Shown here: positions 61,876 to 64,000 of the stretch, in pieces
Position numbering within the stretch: position 1 is the stretch's first letter
Layout of the letters: every line of letters begins with the position of its first letter
Assembly: GCA_964106915.2 (NCBI GenBank)
Contig: OZ066915.1
DNA length: 64,000 nucleotides
Origin: Podarcis gaigeae
Lineage: Eukaryota
Strand: one strand, 5' to 3'
Translations under genes and position numbers: made by a program
Notes under the pieces: model-generated
Seen by the model: only the letters and a program-made list of their open reading frames with translations
What the model was told of the DNA's origin: nothing
The model's database searches: none

Positions 61876-63683
61876 ATTAAAAAAAGATTATTTTCATCTT
61901 TCATCTTGTTATTTATTATGGTCCCAAGCTCTTAGTGGTACCATTTTGCACTGTGCATTTTCACAAGCAGGTTTGTCTTTGAAGGTGTCTTTTGAAAGCT
62001 CCATGGCACCAATGCAGTTATGCAGCCATTTCCACCCACCGCCAGCTTCTCCAACGCCAGCCCCTTCTGCCTGCTGTGGCAAGCAGGATTTGAATTCTGT
62101 CCCAAAAGCCGTGGGAAAGAAGTGATGAAATGGCAGGCGAGGAGGCATAACAGCTGGTGGTCAGCATTTGAAGAGACAAGCAGCACTAGATTCACACTTG
62201 GCAATGTTTCAGATCTAAGCCTTGTAGCCAGCACTAAGCAGTCCCTATGCCAAAATCAAGACTGTAATAGTTGCTTTTGAATAATTTCCTGCCAAAGTCA
62301 ATAACTGCAAGGTCCAAGCCACTAGGCTGAAATTTTCCCAAGGTCTTCATGTTTGTTGCATGAAAGGCTAATTTTTAATCTTACTATCAAGAGTGTTATT
62401 CGGCTCCACCATCAAGGTTATCTTCATCCCCCTCCCAGGTTCACTGTGGACAGGAAGCTGTACAGCGGTGCATATAGCTTGGTGGAACAGCAGGTGCTTT
62501 CAATGCAGAAGGAATCTGGTTGAGTCCCTGGCATCTCCAGTTAACAAAATCTGGCACCAGCACTGAGAAAGACCCTTCTTTGCCTATGACCTTAGGGTGC
62601 TTCTGCCAGCCAGAGTAGACAAAACTGAGCTAGATGGAGCAAAGGTCTGACTCCAACTCTGCTTAACACATTTTCATATAAAAGCCAGTTCACAGGAACA
62701 ATCTGTTTCCCACTCAGCTTCAGGGGGGCGGCCTGCACACAAAGGAGTGCTCAAAACAAAAATCAAGGGGGAAAGCTTACATGGTAAAGAGTGGCAGAAA
62801 ACTAACCAAATATATAAATACAAGTATATGACAAGATTTTTTTGTTAATATTACAAAGCCAATGTAAATTACAGTGTTAAAAAGCCCACCCTGAAAAATC
62901 ACGCTGGTTCGAAAGGCAGTATCTGCCAGCTAATAAAGTACAGCATGAAGACATTAAACTTTAATAATGCAATCAACAAATGTCATTATATTGATAAAAT
63001 TACTATATATTATAGAGCTCAATGGGAGACGGTTCAACCCGCCCACTTCACTGCAGGCTAATCATTTGTAAACTGCTTAGAAGTCTTTTGTTTAAGTAGC
63101 TAAATAAAGCATGAGCATAAGACCGAGTACCTGAACACATCCTGGAATCAATGCTGAATAGTGAAGAGAATGACTGTCACACCTGTGTGCTCTCCATAGG
63201 TCTTGGACCAGCATTGCCAATGGTGAGGGATGATGGGAACTGAAGTCCTAAACATCTGAAGGGTCATAGGTTGGGGAAAGGTGGCGAAGAGGGTGAGTTC
63301 TCTGAGTTTTTGCTTTAAGATGCTAACCATTTCAAGTTTTGCAATAGCTCCAAGTTTTGCTGGTTTCAAGCAGCTAGATATAATAATATTTCTTGGCTGC
63401 AGGTGCATCTGTAAATAAGAACTCATTGAACTCAAGTTATTTTAGGCAGCTGAAATAGATGCTGTCATTGCAGGCATATTTTGTGATACCCACTATACAA
63501 ATGTTAATTACAAACATTATATAACATTCACATTTTATACAAACATATAACTGCTGAATCTCTATAATGTCAGCAACTGGACAAAAATACCTTCCAAAAT
63601 AAAAGGGTTAATTTCATCAGAAATAACAGTCTATGAAAAACACTGTAATATAAGTTTACAATCACTATGTGGTTTAAAATTCA

Positions 63684-63803
63684 GGTAGTAGCCGTGTTGG
63701 TCTGACGCAGTTGAAATAAATAAAAAAAATGTCCAGTAGCACCTTAGAGACCAACTAAGTTTGTTCTGGGTATAAGCTTTCGTGTGCATGCATACTTCTT
63801 CAG
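63684..63803 (-). mobile_element. Penelope-like terminal repeat fragment with a minimal hammerhead core
   Basis: Reverse-complement similarity to 61790-61875; CTGAAGA...GAAAGCTTA on the minus strand. Confidence 0.75.
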
Positions 63804-63981
63804 CGTTTCCGTGTGCTGCGCTGGTGCTGGCTCGCCGGAGCAGCTTCGTCACGCTGGCCACCTGACCCGGAAGTGTCTTCGGACAGCGCTGGCTCCCGGC
63901 CTCTTAAGTGAGATGAGCACGCAACCCCAGAGTCGGTCACGACTGGCCCGTACGGGCAGGGGTACCTTTACCTTTACCTTT
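63804..63981 (+). mobile_element. Sauria SINE 3' fragment
   Basis: gagatgagcacgcaaccccagagtcg...(ACCTTT)3 tail. Confidence 0.9.
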
Positions 63982-64000
63982 AAGGTGCTACTGGATAATT

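Noticed and set aside
61909-62234. Short ORFs right of the Penelope element as host exons
   Set aside because: No recognisable protein family or convincing splice-site pair.

Overview
Vertebrate nuclear DNA from a squamate, most likely a lacertid lizard (full-length Sauria SINE with an ACCTTT tail, plus Bov-B, CR1, L1, L2, Penelope-like elements and many MITEs). The dominant feature is a complete, young but defective class I (gamma/epsilon-like) endogenous retrovirus on the minus strand, 48142-59533 (11,392 bp). It has two 1,093-bp LTRs differing at about 16 positions by my manual comparison, a GTTA target-site duplication, and gag, pro-pol and env, each disabled by a few lesions. The provirus has several unusual cis-features: a tobamovirus-type readthrough context at the gag-pol junction (UGA-CAA-UUA); an exact second copy of the PPT/att junction inside env; an array of TTGACAGCTC motifs directly before the env ATG; an integrase tail with a 12-aa repeat; an atypical PBS; tandem hairpins in the LTR; and a single env stop that would give a secreted 174-aa N-terminal fragment. 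A CpG island at about 30.2-31.6 kb, with a near-palindromic RFX X-box and splice donors on both strands, marks the promoter and probable non-coding first exon of an unidentified minus-strand gene. I could not identify any host protein-coding exon. All coordinates and counts were read by eye.
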